DNA from: Nemertoderma westbladi
Taxonomy: Eukaryota; Animalia; Xenacoelomorpha
DNA length: 64,000 bases
Assembly (NCBI GenBank): GCA_032718475.1
Contig: JAUCBJ010001520.1
Location: 32,703 to 96,702 of the forward strand
Reading direction: 5' to 3'
Shown here one piece after another: positions 37,681 through 50,427 of the stretch. The notes beneath the pieces were generated by a model. It was given only the letters and a program-made list of their open reading frames with translations, had not been told where the DNA came from and made no database searches. The position numbers were made by a program, and so were the translations under genes. How positions within the stretch are numbered: position 1 is the stretch's first letter; each line of letters starts with the position of its first letter.

Positions 37681-40600
37681 GAGGAAGACATAAAGAGTGA
37701 TAAATCAAGTCGATATTCTCTGTACACTGTTTATTACATCTACATGTATATATATAATATAATATAATATATATGCGTCGGGGCGTATCCCATACAATGC
37801 GATTACAAGGCACAATGATAGGTGTAATATGTTGATCAATCAGGCAGTACATTTCTTAGCATGGTGAGTGACGAGAACCTAGTTACATTCGGCACGTCAG
37901 TTTAGTGTTAGTTTTGAATAGGAGCCATCCCAAGTGCTCTTTATGCATGACATGTACATTTTAATTAATTTTGAGGATGAAAACGCATTAAGGCACTGCT
38001 AACTAAGCATGACATATACCACTACTGACCTTTAAATACTGCAGCGAGAATTAAATATGACAATAATACACAAATATATCAGTTGGTGGCTGTATATCTG
38101 ACATGTTGGTATATACTTGTAGGAGCATCTCTAAATAAAGTGCATAGGATCTACATAATAGTTGGTGGGATAGCTTATCGCTATTCATACATAGTGGGCA
38201 TCCTAATTATCCTGGCAAAATATCCTGGTGGTTTGGAAATGCGGATGCGTAGAAATTAATGAGAAAATCTTGGGTAAACTAGTGTGTAAGACGTTGTTGT
38301 CCAGTGCACTGCTGCGCGGAGTGAGCAAAGCCAGAACCCTTCAAAACATATGAAGCTGGAAAGACGGTTTGAACCAATGTGCAATGCAGATGATGCATCC
38401 ATTACCCAGTGCTGCTTCCCCCTGCCAGCGTTATGGCATCCAGATAGATTCCCCTTGAGCGTACCAGTCACTGTGACAGTGTCACATTGGGTAAAGGAGC
38501 TAAGGCTCCCTTATATAATAATGCCTGGACGCTATGTTGCCGGGGAAACTGACCGTTTACACCAGTGTCTCTGTGATCAACAAAAATGTGGATTGGCTAG
38601 GAGAGCAGGGAAATCATTTTCCTATCCTGAGTAGGAATCGAAATCTATATTTTTGTGGTGTGTTTTTAACTGTCAGTATAGGACTGCAGAGTAATTAATT
38701 TGTTGTGGTATTAGCGTGTTAAGAAAGGTTCTCCATGAGTGTTATTGTGTGCTGTAGCTTTTATTATACATAACGGCAAACTCTATTATACTCTAAACAT
38801 CGCCGAAATTGAATATAATTGATGGAACCCTCGATCCCGTAGCCCGGCACGCACCAAGTGATCATCGTTGTGTGGGTAGGCCCTGCTTCTCGGTGGAGGC
38901 GGAGGGATACGCATCGTGAACAACTCACAAGCCAGGCGCTGGCAGAGGCTCGTAGGCCAAAGTAGAGGGCGTGACAGGCATAGCAGCCCAACTGGCAACG
39001 TTTGCTGTACTAATGGTAGTAGTGCGCGGTGAGGGTGGTGCACTCGATGGACTGCAATGCTACCCCTTCTTGCTATCCTATCTACCTCTGATCGTCTCAG
39101 CTCATATACTATGTTGAGACTTGTTCCATGGTGCTCATGCTACAATGATAATAAGTAAGTATATATAAATTGTACGGTAATCTTAGGATTAGGAACCATG
39201 TAGTGTGTTACCTTAGGCTGTAGTTTACAAAATTGTAGTATTAAGTATGTCTACTTTATTTTCTCGGCTCTCACTTATCCCTTTGAGTAAAATGTAAGTG
39301 ATTACAAACAAAAAATAACCATTTAGTTACTGCAAGTCCAATAATCTGGCACTTTATTTGATTATTGTTTGCGAGCTGTTTTAAAAGTGTAAAATGCCCC
39401 ATTATGGATTATTATAATAATAAAGATAAGAGTACTGTAGTCTTATAAAGTGCTAGATTACGCCATGGAGTACGTAATTTTATTCGAAAATTTCTGAATA
39501 TTATTTTACAATAATTTATTTAACGTCATTAACAAGGGATTGATATGGAAGGAAGGAACTTACGAAAAAACATGATCCTACTTCATTACCTTTCGGCCAG
39601 TTTACAGGCAGTGGACTTCTTGAACCTGCCCCATAGGCCTACCGTGTGCTGAGAAAGATCAACAGCATTCTTTCTTCCTAAATCCCTAACCTGTGTATAC
39701 TATCATGTTGTCTCGGAGCGCCGATGGAAGAGTTTTCGATTTCAGATTCGGCTCTATTATCCCGAACTCCGCTAACGATTCACACATTCACACATTATAT
39801 GGAGCACGTATATTATGGTACCTATAATATGACGATTTATTTCACTAATTCAAATTTACGGATGCTCTATTCTCTACATCGGTTTATATATGAGCAACTC
39901 ATTCAACCTAAACCCACTATGGATATTTTTTTATTAAAATTTGGAATGGATTATTGGATATGCGGAGTGAGTACTGCTCACTCAGCCCTCGCCTCGCCGC
40001 GCTCAGTGAGTAGTTTCGGCCAACTAACCCAAGTTATGGTTGCTCTTTGAATTAATATTTATTTACATATGGAATTTAGGACATTCCAACAATGGCAATT
40101 CTGCATGGTCAATTGCGACCCGGACAACTCCGACCTATTACAATTTCATGAATTTTTTTAAAGAGCAATAATATTTATAATTTTATAATGATTATGTGTA
40201 AATTTATTTGCTTGTAATAAATAGTCCTATGCCGGATCCGGAAAATTCCGACCCGCAAAAATTAATGCTAATTAAGTTGAAATTAAGTTTAATTAAAAGT
40301 TGAAACGCGTCTGAATATTTTGGATCGTATCTGTTTAACATCTATATGTATTTATATGACGAGTTTATTCAACTAAGTAGGTCCAAATATAGACCAAATG
40401 TTATAATTATATCACGAGTTTTTTCGAGGTATCAAAATTGAAAGATGCAATTTAAATTGTTCTATCCTAACGACATATAATATACAAAACTTATTTAATG
40501 ACTGCCCTTAAATAGGTTGACTTGGTATATTATATATCACATATATACTACATAACATCACACCTCACTAATATATAATTCAAGTGATTGGTGAATTTGC

Positions 40601-41689
40601 CTCATATATATATATATTATATATACCAACAAAACGAAGTTGGGTGGGATAAACTGCTAAGATGCCATAACCTTCTCATAATATACCATTCAAAGAGCAC
40701 CCAATACTACATAGCAGAGAAATGTCACAAGAATTGGGTGACGCCCTTAGAAAGTTTAATATAGTCAACAACTAGCCTGTGTGTGAACTGGGAAATCATT
40801 GAATGAAGCTAGAGTAAGCTGGTCACGCATTATTATGCGACCAACTGGATATTAATTGGGAATGCCTGATATATATATATATTTCCCACATTAATGAAGT
40901 GTTTATCCTCTTAAACAAGTTTACGATGTTCGTTCATTCGTGCATCTTGAATTTCTGGGTTCATTTATTGAGAGGCTCCATGTCAATTTCTGGCCATTTA
41001 ACAATCTTTATTTTCATTTATTGTAAAATATATAATTTTTATAATTATAATTTACGTACACCTTTGAATAGTTTATTCTACCTATTTTATCCGGAAAGAA
41101 TAATAAAGCTATATCTCCCAGAATCTCACCTTCTCTGAAAGGTACTTTTTTTCGGGCAGCACTAGAGCCTCTCTCCTAAATTATGCTATAAAAAGAAAAT
41201 AGTTTTTGCTATGTAAATTTCGGCTATTTCTCAGCAAGTTTTATTTATTTACAAAATATTCAGATAGGGGGGGGGGGGGATGAACCTTCTTGTTAATCAA
41301 AATAATATTTATATTTTCGAATAAAATGGCGTACCCGACATAATCCACTTTACATTCAATGTTATAATAATGTTAAAACTTAGTATTATTATATTTTAGT
41401 AGAGTTGGTATACTTACCTTACTTCATAAACCGATGGTAGGTGTGTCTTACCTGAAAAAATTTGTACAGAACATTCTTATAACAATGATTTCTTTGTATT
41501 CTAAGCAATATATGAAATTATCAATGTAGTATATTTAGTATTGAAAACATTACCGGTGTCTGTTATGTCTGTTAATTTGTTAAAGATTTTATCTAGTTCC
41601 GTGAAATCAAATATGGTAACAAAATGAGGTAAGTACGGCTTATATATGGTAAGTTATTCGAAACAAATTATTTGCTCACCTAATTATAT

Positions 41690-42045
41690 ACCTTTTTGCA
41701 CCAAATAAACTCACTTTCCATCAAAAACGGCTCATTTTAGCACCAAATGTTATAAGGTCTGTCTATGGCCCTGGTTAGGGTCGCTAACTGGGAACCTGGT
41801 TTTCAACCCTACCTGGGGCCAATATGGCCAATTAAAGCCAATTTGGCTCGAAGTGCCAATTGGCTTTATTTGGCCATATTGGGTTTCCTTACCAGGTTTC
41901 CAGTTAGGTTTAGGGTTAAAGACAATTTTTGTCTAGGGTTTCGATCGCCGAAGGTTAGTTATAGCTAATTAGAGGTAATTAAAAAGTATTTAGTGGAAAG
42001 TGATCCGTATTGGTGCAAAGGTTAATTTATTTGGTGGAGAAGTAA
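41690..42045. mobile_element. Small palindromic MITE-like element
   Basis: Inner hairpin ccaatatggccaattaaagccaatt / aattggctttatttggccatattgg and taactgggaacctggt / accaggtttccagtta. Outer decayed inverted repeat caccaaataaa / tttatttggtg. Confidence 0.55.
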
Positions 42046-42063
42046 GTTATTTATATATCTAAA

Positions 42064-43670
42064 AATAATTGAGCTAATCAGACCGGGAGATATGCACATA
42101 GACTAATAATTGAGCTAATCAGACCGGGAGATATGTACATAGACTAATAATTGAGCTAATCAGACCGGGAGATATGTACATAGACTAATAATTGAGCTAA
42201 TCAGACCGGGAGATATGTACATAGACTAATAATTGAGCTAATCAGACCGGGAGATATGTACATAGACTAATAATTGAGCTAATCAGACCGGGAGATATGT
42301 ACATAGACTAATAATTGAGCTAATCAGACCGGGAGATATGTACATAGACTAATAATTGAGCTAATCAGACCGGGAGATATGTACATAGACTAATAATTGA
42401 GCTAATCAGACCGGGAGATATGTACATAGACTAATAATTGAGCTAATCAGACCGGGAGATATGTACATAGACTAATAATTGAGCTAATCAGACCGGGAGA
42501 TATGTACATAGACTAATAATTGAGCTAATCAGACCGGGAGATATGTACATAGACTAATAATTGAGCTAATCAGACCGGGAGATATGTACATAGACTAATA
42601 ATTGAGCTAATCAGACCGGGAGATATGTACATAGACTAATAATTGAGCTAATCAGACCGGGAGATATGTACATAGACTAATAATTGAGCTAATCAGACCG
42701 GGAGATATGTACATAGACTAATAATTGAGCTAATCAGACCGGGAGATATGTACATAGACTAATAATTGAGCTAATCAGACCGGGAGATATGTACATAGAC
42801 TAATAATTGAGCTAATCAGACCGGGAGATATGTACATAGACTAATAATTGAGCTAATCAGACCGGGAGATATGTACATAGACTAATAATTGAGCTAATCA
42901 GACCGGGAGATATGTACATAGACTAATAATTGAGCTAATCAGACCGGGAGATATGTACATAGACTAATAATTGAGCTAATCAGACCGGGAGATATGTACA
43001 TAGACTAATAATTGAGCTAATCAGACCGGGAGATATGTACATAGACTAATAATTGAGCTAATCAGACCGGGAGATATGTACATAGACTAATAATTGAGCT
43101 AATCAGACCGAGAGATATGTACATAGACTAATAATTGAGCTAATCAGACCGGGAGATATGTACATAGACTAATAATTGAGCTAATCAGACCGGGAGATAT
43201 GTACATAGACTAATAATTGAGCTAATCAGACCGGGAGATATGTACATAGACTAATAATTGAGCTAATCAGACCGAGAGATATGTACATAGACTAATAATT
43301 GAGCTAATCAGACCGGGAGATATGTACATAGACTAATAATTGAGCTAATCAGACCGGGAGATATGTACATAGACTAATAATTGAGCTAATCAGACCGGGA
43401 GATATGTACATAGACTAATAATTGAGCTAATCAGACCGGGAGATATGTACATAGACTAATAATTGAGCTAATCAGACCGGGAGATATGTACATAGACTAA
43501 TAATTGAGCTAATCAGACCGGGAGATATGTACATAGACTAATAATTGAGCTAATCAGACCGGGAGATATGTACATAGACTAATAATTGAGCTAATCAGAC
43601 CGGGAGATATGTACATAGACTAATAATTGAGCTAATCAGACCGGGAGATATGTACATAGACTAATAATTG
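42064..43670. repeat. 41-bp minisatellite, about 39 near-identical copies
   Basis: Unit taataattgagctaatcagaccgggagatatgtacatagac; only about 3 variant positions are visible. Confidence 0.98.
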
Positions 43671-44529
43671 ACGCTTTGTAAAATAACGGTCAGAACGAGA
43701 ACAATTGACTGTAAGACGCTATTTTTTAATTAAATGTTAAAATATTTTACGATCTGATATTATTATATGCGCTTGGAAATTTAATTTAATTTACATGGAA
43801 TCACACATCGGCTTTATATATCTGTAAAATTTGTGTGGCCAAAAATAATCCAATAATATTTTTTTTAATAATAATATAAAATTTGCCTTGGTCCGATCCG
43901 GTGTGTATATCTGGCACCTAACACTACTACTTTAAACATATTATTACCCTAGTATTTGGAGCCTCGGGAATCAGTATTACTGTGGTAGAACACTCCTAGG
44001 CATCAGATACTACCGAGGTATTGAAAAATAACACGCAATTTATCACTATCCCCGGGCAAATTCGACCCTAATAAAAGCTGATTACTCCCAAAAATAAAAC
44101 TGTAACCTGTTCTTTTGACTTCTTTCGTACTTTAGTTAGAATAACGTGCCACGTTAAAGGTCAGATTCCGCGCTGCTTTTTTATGTGCGGTATTCTGAGC
44201 TGATTTTTTGAGCTGTTTGTCTAACCTTTTTTTGAGCTGTTTGTCTAACCTTTTTTTGAGCTTGTTTTCAAGCTTTTTTCGTTTTTTAGCTTTTTTCAAG
44301 CTTGTTATTCCTTTTCTAACGTTCAGTTAAAATGAAGATAATGTTCTAATGTACTAATGTTCTAGAATTAGATAATTAATAATAATAATTAGATAATAAT
44401 TATGATATTAGACCCAGGTTTTTTTAACTTTTTTGAGCTTTTGTTCTATATTTCAGGTTTAAGTATTCGAAAATTCTCAGATTCATCTAGAAGCAATTAA
44501 TTTCTAGAAATTGTTTTAACTAAAAAAAG

Positions 44530-45196
44530 CTGCTTCTAGGTTCCTGGAGTAGGCTGCTTCTAGGCTGATTGGAGTAGGCTGCTTCTAGGCTGATTGGAGT
44601 AGGCTGCTTCTAGGCTGATTTGAGTAGGCTGCTTCTAGGCTGATTGGAGTAGGCTGCTTCTAGGCTCATTGGAGTAGGCTGCTTCTAGGCTGATTGGAGT
44701 AGGCTGCTTCTAGGGTGATTGGAGTAGGCTGCTTCTAGGCTGATTGGAGTAGGCTGCTTCTAGGGTGATTGGAGTAGGCTGCTTCTAGGCTGATTGGAGT
44801 AGGCTGCTTCTAGGCTGATTGGAGTAGGCTGCTTCTAGGCTGATTGGAGTAGGCTGCTTCTAGGCTGATTGGAGTAGGCTGCTTCTAGGCTGATTTGAGT
44901 AGGCTGCTTCTAGGCTGATTGGAGTAGGCTGCTTCTAGGCTCATTGGAGTAGGCTGCTTCTAGGCTGATTGGAGTAGGCTGCTTCTAGGGTGATTGGAGT
45001 AGGCTGCTTCTAGGCTGATTGGAGTAGGCTGCATCTAGGCTGATTGGAGTAGGCTGCTTCTAGGCTGATTGGAGTAGGCTGCTTCTAGGCTGATTGGAGT
45101 AGGCTGCTTCTAGGCTGATTGGAGTAGGCTGCTTCTAGGCTGATTGGAGTAGGCTGCTTCTAGGTCTGCTCTCTAGGAGCTGCTTCTAGGCTGATT
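44530..45196. repeat. 25-bp minisatellite (taggctgattggagtaggctgcttc)n, about 26 copies
   Basis: Period of 25 bp confirmed at 44561/44586. Confidence 0.97.
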
Positions 45197-45199
45197 TTA

Positions 45200-45625
45200 A
45201 CTCCACGAAGACAAACATTTAGAGTTAACTTCAACAGTCCTCAAAGAGTATAAACTCCAAGAAGGGTATACTTAAGCATGTGGATGACTTCTGTCACTTG
45301 TGATCATGGATCCGGAAGTCAGGTACCGTTGTTAAGATCAAAAGTAAAGTCAGGAAGTCCTTTGCGTACCTAAGGGGAAGACATGGATAGCGTTGAATGG
45401 GCTAGTAACTTAAATAACCAATTTTCTTCTAAAATATTCAGGTTAATAATTGTCTTGTAAGAATAACCTGAACACCTCCAAATAGGAAAGGGTAATGCAT
45501 GGTCTGCATTGAATAAGCTATCTAGGGTATGGACGAAGCCAGAATCACTCCTTCACTAAAGAAAAATTTACTCCGGCCAGCAGTGGAACCTGTGCTGTAA
45601 TAGGGCAGTCACTGTTGGGCTCATG
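45200..45625 (+). mobile_element. Degraded RTE LINE fragments
   Basis: agcatgtggatgacttctg...gatcatggatccggaagtcaggt matches 13689-13737. Confidence 0.7.
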
Positions 45626-45643
45626 ATTACACACAAGGATTAA

Positions 45644-46330
45644 CCCTATTACCACTGGGGGGGGGGGCCGAATCGGCCCCTTCCTAGTTTTTAGTTGCTG
45701 TAACTAGGCAACCACATTACGTACCGGCCCAATTTTTTGTGAGAATTAGCCAAATTTAATGCCGCATCTTTTGGAAAAAACGCCGTTGCAATTGGATTTC
45801 TACTTTTCGATGTGCGTGCCACCTCAAAATTTGGTCTCCAGCACCAAATTTTTTGAAATTTCGAATTTTACAAAGTCATTCGTGATTTAGTAATTATTTA
45901 TGTTTGGGCTATTTTTATTTATTTTTATTGGTTTGGATCACTCTAATGCTCTATACAAGTATGTAAGTGTAGTGGTACGTCATTTTTGGAGCACCAAATT
46001 TAGGGCGTGGCACTTTAAAATTTCAAAATTACTTTATTCGGAAAATTTACTAAAGTTTTGATTTCGAAGCATTTTTATTGGTTTTCTGGAGCGCTGAATC
46101 GATTAAAAGTAGTATAGAAGCCTGAAGACTTAGTGGTACGTCATTTTTGGAGCACCAAATTTAGGGCGTGGCACTTTAAAATTTCAAAATTACTTTATTC
46201 GGAAAATACACTAAAGTTTTGATTTGCAAAGCATTTTTATAGGTTTTCTGGAGCGCTGAATCGATTGAAAGTAATATAGAAGCCTGAAGACTTAGTGGTT
46301 CGCCATTTTTGGTGCACCAAAATTAGGGCG
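45644..46330 (-). mobile_element. Truncated inverted copy of the piggyBac-type MITE
   Basis: TTAA|CCCTATTACCACTGGGG followed by the reverse complement of the right arm of 30274-31701. Confidence 0.9.
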
Positions 46331-46706
46331 CCGGGTTCATGTCTTAGAATACAATACTCGCTTATCAAGCGAGGTATTATAAATTCTCGAGAATTTCCAA
46401 AACCCAGTACCACCCTGCATGCAATAAGGATCAGTTATTGATATAATCAAAATTCAAACAATCAAATTATATAGGCATAGTTAATCAGTTACGATCCAAC
46501 TGAACTGAACTGAAATATATTTTGAGAAATATTACATGAAATAAAGATAAATGATCGGATATAATAAATGACGGAAATTTTGTGTGTAAATATTACAAAA
46601 TAAAGTTCAATAACATTTATAACAAATTTAAACATTTGTAATTGGTATATTGTATAATTGGTGGGGGATTGTAGATAATAGACGTCACGGGAGCATTGTA
46701 GATTCA

Positions 46707-47723
46707 CTAGACTCTGATCTTCATCTCAACCTTTTCCATCGGTACTAAACTCTCAGGGTCCGTGAAAGTGTACCAAAATGGCATATCATCACCACCTCCC
46801 TCGTAGAGACCGTTTAGATTTGCGTAGGAACAGGTTCTGTACCACCATGCACCCATAAGTTCAACGGCGCAGTTTCTGGTCGGATTGGGGTCGTTGTCTT
46901 TATCCTGCGTAGAGAAAGGGTATTCATTGATGTAGGCATAGTGGGAAGAACCGCCATAAACTATTGAGTCACCAGCAGTTCCACTGTACCCGGATATATA
47001 TAGTGCAAAATTTTCACGAGAATCACCTAGTCGGAAGTATTGGTACTCGGCGAACTTATGTTCGCCTTGGTACCAGAGATCAATCCTGAGTTCAACTCCT
47101 TCTTTCGTAAACTTGTGTATATTGTGTAGACCCTGCCAAAAGTTATTTTGTACATCTCCGAACCAGGTGAGATAACTGTCCCAATTCCGATAGAAGTTCT
47201 CGGATCCATCTACCCTCCTCTGAATTACTAACCACGGCCCGTCAGGGACGGTGTTGTCACATCGAATGAGCCCATTTACTCCATTAATATGTCGGACAAA
47301 GGCAATGGTGTTTACTTGCGTGTTTCGACAAATTAACACTGGGTGAAGCTGCAACAAAATTTCCCCTAACTCGTTATTATTTTCCAATTTCCCAATTCGT
47401 TCCACTACATTATTATTTCGAATTTCAATCTGTTTCTTTATTTCTTCTTGATTGGAAGACATGATAACAAATAATGTTGCTATCACCGCCCCCAATATCA
47501 ACAACAAAACAACCACTACACCAACAACAACAACCACCCACCACCTTTTTACTGTCACCATTTTGCTCTCATTACCAGCTTTAATGCCATCTCCACTATT
47601 TTGTGACATATTTGCGGTTTGTGGGATCACATCATCTTGTATGATGTCGTAGACACCATCTGGGGGCTCTTGAATTTCTTCCATCTGAATTTCTGAATTG
47701 ATATAGACACCTTGAAGAGCCAT
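46707..47723 (-). CDS. Type II transmembrane fibrinogen-related domain (FReD) protein, FIBCD1-like topology, single coding exon, 338 aa
   Basis: First ATG at 47723, then a cytoplasmic N-terminus, KRWW + hydrophobic helix (VVVVVGVVVVLLLILGAVIATLFVIM) and a short coiled-coil. FBG motifs: WLVIQRRVDGSENFYRNW..Y...FG, FWQGL, ELRIDL, GYSGTAGDS, FST.DKDND, NCA....GAWWY..C..ANLNG.Y, EMKIR. Confidence 0.95.
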   Translation of the reverse strand: MALQGVYINSEIQMEEIQEPPDGVYDIIQDDVIPQTANMSQNSGDGIKAGNESKMVTVKRWWVVVVVGVVVVLLLILGAVIATLFVIMSSNQEEIKKQIEIRNNNVVERIGKLENNNELGEILLQLHPVLICRNTQVNTIAFVRHINGVNGLIRCDNTVPDGPWLVIQRRVDGSENFYRNWDSYLTWFGDVQNNFWQGLHNIHKFTKEGVELRIDLWYQGEHKFAEYQYFRLGDSRENFALYISGYSGTAGDSIVYGGSSHYAYINEYPFSTQDKDNDPNPTRNCAVELMGAWWYRTCSYANLNGLYEGGGDDMPFWYTFTDPESLVPMEKVEMKIRV

Positions 47724-48779
47724 GAACAAGATCTGTTACTGATAAAGTAGATTTACGGAGGTGAGGTTATAGCTTACTGATGTTTTCCGTTATAGTTCCG
47801 TTATGTTGTTAAGTTATAGTTTCCTTAATATTTCGCGTTTTAAAGTATTTAGTTTATTTCGCTTATAAATTATCAATATAATATGGAGTTCGTCCTACTT
47901 TAATGAGGTATAAACTTTTATGCCAATAAATATACATTGTTATGCGAGTAATAACTGTAAATGTTTCCTTATGTTGTTATACTAATAATGGGAAATTTTG
48001 TACCTGTTGGTTCCAAATCCCATTAATCCCCATTAATCAATAAGAAATTGTTACATTGCACTCTGGTAAAAGTTATAATTATTCATAGTATTTAGTCATC
48101 CTAACACAAAACATATAAACCCCAACCTTAAAGTTAGTAAGATCAACCTTATACGTTGTATAAGGTGGCACATTCATATTTACAGTTCTAAAATAGATAA
48201 TATTTAATTATTAGTCAAGCAAGAAGTAAAAAATATCTGCATTAGGATTGTAGAACCATTACAGAAACTAGAAAGCCACTATAACCATATAATCTATAAC
48301 ACTATAACCTATAACCATTAGTTGTATGCAACTAATCTGCATTGGTCAGCTGATGTCATCAGGTAATAGTATTCTTACCCTCTTTCGTAAGACCTATGTA
48401 AAACACTACTAGATTGCGTATACTTTGCTCCTACTCCAGTGATCATCATCTTGTTATGGCCAAGGTATGACTTAGTCTCCGCGCTAGAAAAACTAAGAAA
48501 TCTGCCTTGCCATGGCATGATTTTGGCCACAGTGAGATCCAGTATACCCTCAAAACAGAGGAAAGGCGCCCTGAACATACTTGGTGACAAGACCTCACTA
48601 AGGTACTGAGTCCCGGCAGCTGCAACACACTAAAATGTATCCAAGATGAGGGTAAGCTTGTATCTAAGTGCTGAACATACGTTACTAAGTTAATCCACAT
48701 GAGCTTATCAAATAGCAGGTTGGCATCATCAATCCGCTGATGCCTTCAGGTTATTAGCACAGAACCGCTGACTGGGAGG

Positions 48780-49280
48780 AAATACTCAATGGTTGTAAGG
48801 CCAACTGTGAGAAGTTCCTAATGAATGAAAGTGTATCGACTGTTAACTTTGTGATAAATGATACTATGTTGGAGTCTGTACTCACAGAAATATCTATTAG
48901 TGAGATCTTCTCTTTCGCCGAAGTCAAGACATCTGTATTAACACCAAATGCGCTAGTGGAGAAGATGGTTTCTGCCTCCCCGGGAATCTTTCAAACACCA
49001 GAGTGTTTTGAGCTCATTCACTCAAATAACAGTACTAAGAAATTTCCATAAGAAATGAAAACAAACTGCCAGTTCCGAAGCAGGGCAAACAAACACTCTT
49101 TCGATTTATTTGTTGAATATTATTGCAGATTCTCGATTTCAGTAAAGTAATATAATTATAATATACTGTTACGTACCAGTTTTACGTACAGGTTTATTAA
49201 CCAGAATGGGTTCCATAAAGGTTGTGGGACCATGTAGCACATTCTTCCTCTTAGAAGAATAATGGAAGAGTTGTCAACAG
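48780..49280 (+). mobile_element. Highly degraded RTE LINE fragment
   Basis: agaaatgaaaacaaa..gccagttcc.aag.agggcaa and cagaatgggttcc.taa.gg..gtgg.accatg match 12883-13080. Confidence 0.7.
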
Positions 49281-50118
49281 TCAATAGACTTGAATCTTAT
49301 TACAATATTATAATATGAATACAATATTATATTATAATGTTGCAGCGCTGAAAAGGCATATCTACGTCCTGCATTATGATAATGCGCCTAGGATCTCATC
49401 TTTAGCGAGAAAATAGCCCTCGATTTTGACAGTAAATTTCTTATGATCTGTATATTTATGTATCTTGGTGTCTCCCCTTTTAATTCTATAAAAAATTTTT
49501 GTAAATATTTCTTACAATTTTTTACCATATATATTTAATAAAACTTAATAAAACTATGCCACATAGCCCCGCCTACGGGCGTATGTTTAAAAAAATTATA
49601 TTATATATTTTAATACTATATTTCATGTTATATTACTTAATTAGATGTAATCCGACAAACAAACAGGTTTGTTATTTATTCATTATATTTTTTGTACGGC
49701 CTCAAAATTGCATCAGACGTTATTCTTGGAAAACCCCGATCGTTGGTTGTGCGTTAATCATGTAATATAATCCTTTTGGTGACAACAATATAGGCATTGC
49801 GCGGTCATTGAATGGTCAGATAGTCGCACCAAGAATGTAAGACAATGCATAATAATGAAGTAAATTTTTAATTAGTTCGCCCAATTTTTTTCTTGAACAC
49901 ACACTGATATAGAAACGTGGTGCATTCAATATAGTTGGGTTATCTTGACTGCTCACCGTAAAAAAATATAAAGCCTTAAAAATAATATGTCTAAGATTAC
50001 AGATGACTTCTATAAAAGAAATAGGTTTATGTTTAGGGAATCTCAAAGAGTTCAGAGCAATTAGGAACAACGCCAAAATTTTTAAGTTCATATTGATATA
50101 GTATACATCAACAAACAA

Positions 50119-50156
50119 ACAAACGTTTCGGAGCAAACGAGCACCATCATCAGTGT
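50119..50156 (-). ncRNA. Minimal type I hammerhead ribozyme motif of the Penelope element
   Basis: ACA CUGAUGA U GGUGC ucguuu GCUCC GAAA CG UU UGU. The core is intact, with 3-bp stem I, stem II with one U-U mismatch, and a palindromic ACGU in place of stem III. Confidence 0.72.
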
Positions 50157-50427
50157 ATAGGTCTATAGGATGCCAAAAATGTGTACCGGTAGCGGTATAC
50201 TGATATAAATATACAAGGTATGTAGTGAAGGAACAAATTGCAGTATTGCACGTATAAACAACAAACTACAGTACAACAGTAAAGTACGCCAAGCACAAGA
50301 AGACAAAACGACAAGAAAACGTACAGTATGTAATAAGAAATAGCAGAAATATGACCAAAAAATATTAGGACAAAAAAGAAACGTAATTAGAACAACTTCA
50401 AAGGAATGGAGTGTTGGTGAGTGTTAA

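Noticed and set aside
37536-37852. Poly-Pro / poly-Gly ORFs
   Set aside because: They arise from the poly-G tract; there is no other coding signal.
38220-39070. GC-richer segments with short ORFs as a possible gene
   Set aside because: I could not recognise a domain or a consistent exon structure; left unannotated.
42064-43670. CRISPR-like array of 41-bp repeats
   Set aside because: Units are contiguous with no unique spacers, there are no cas genes, and the context is eukaryotic.
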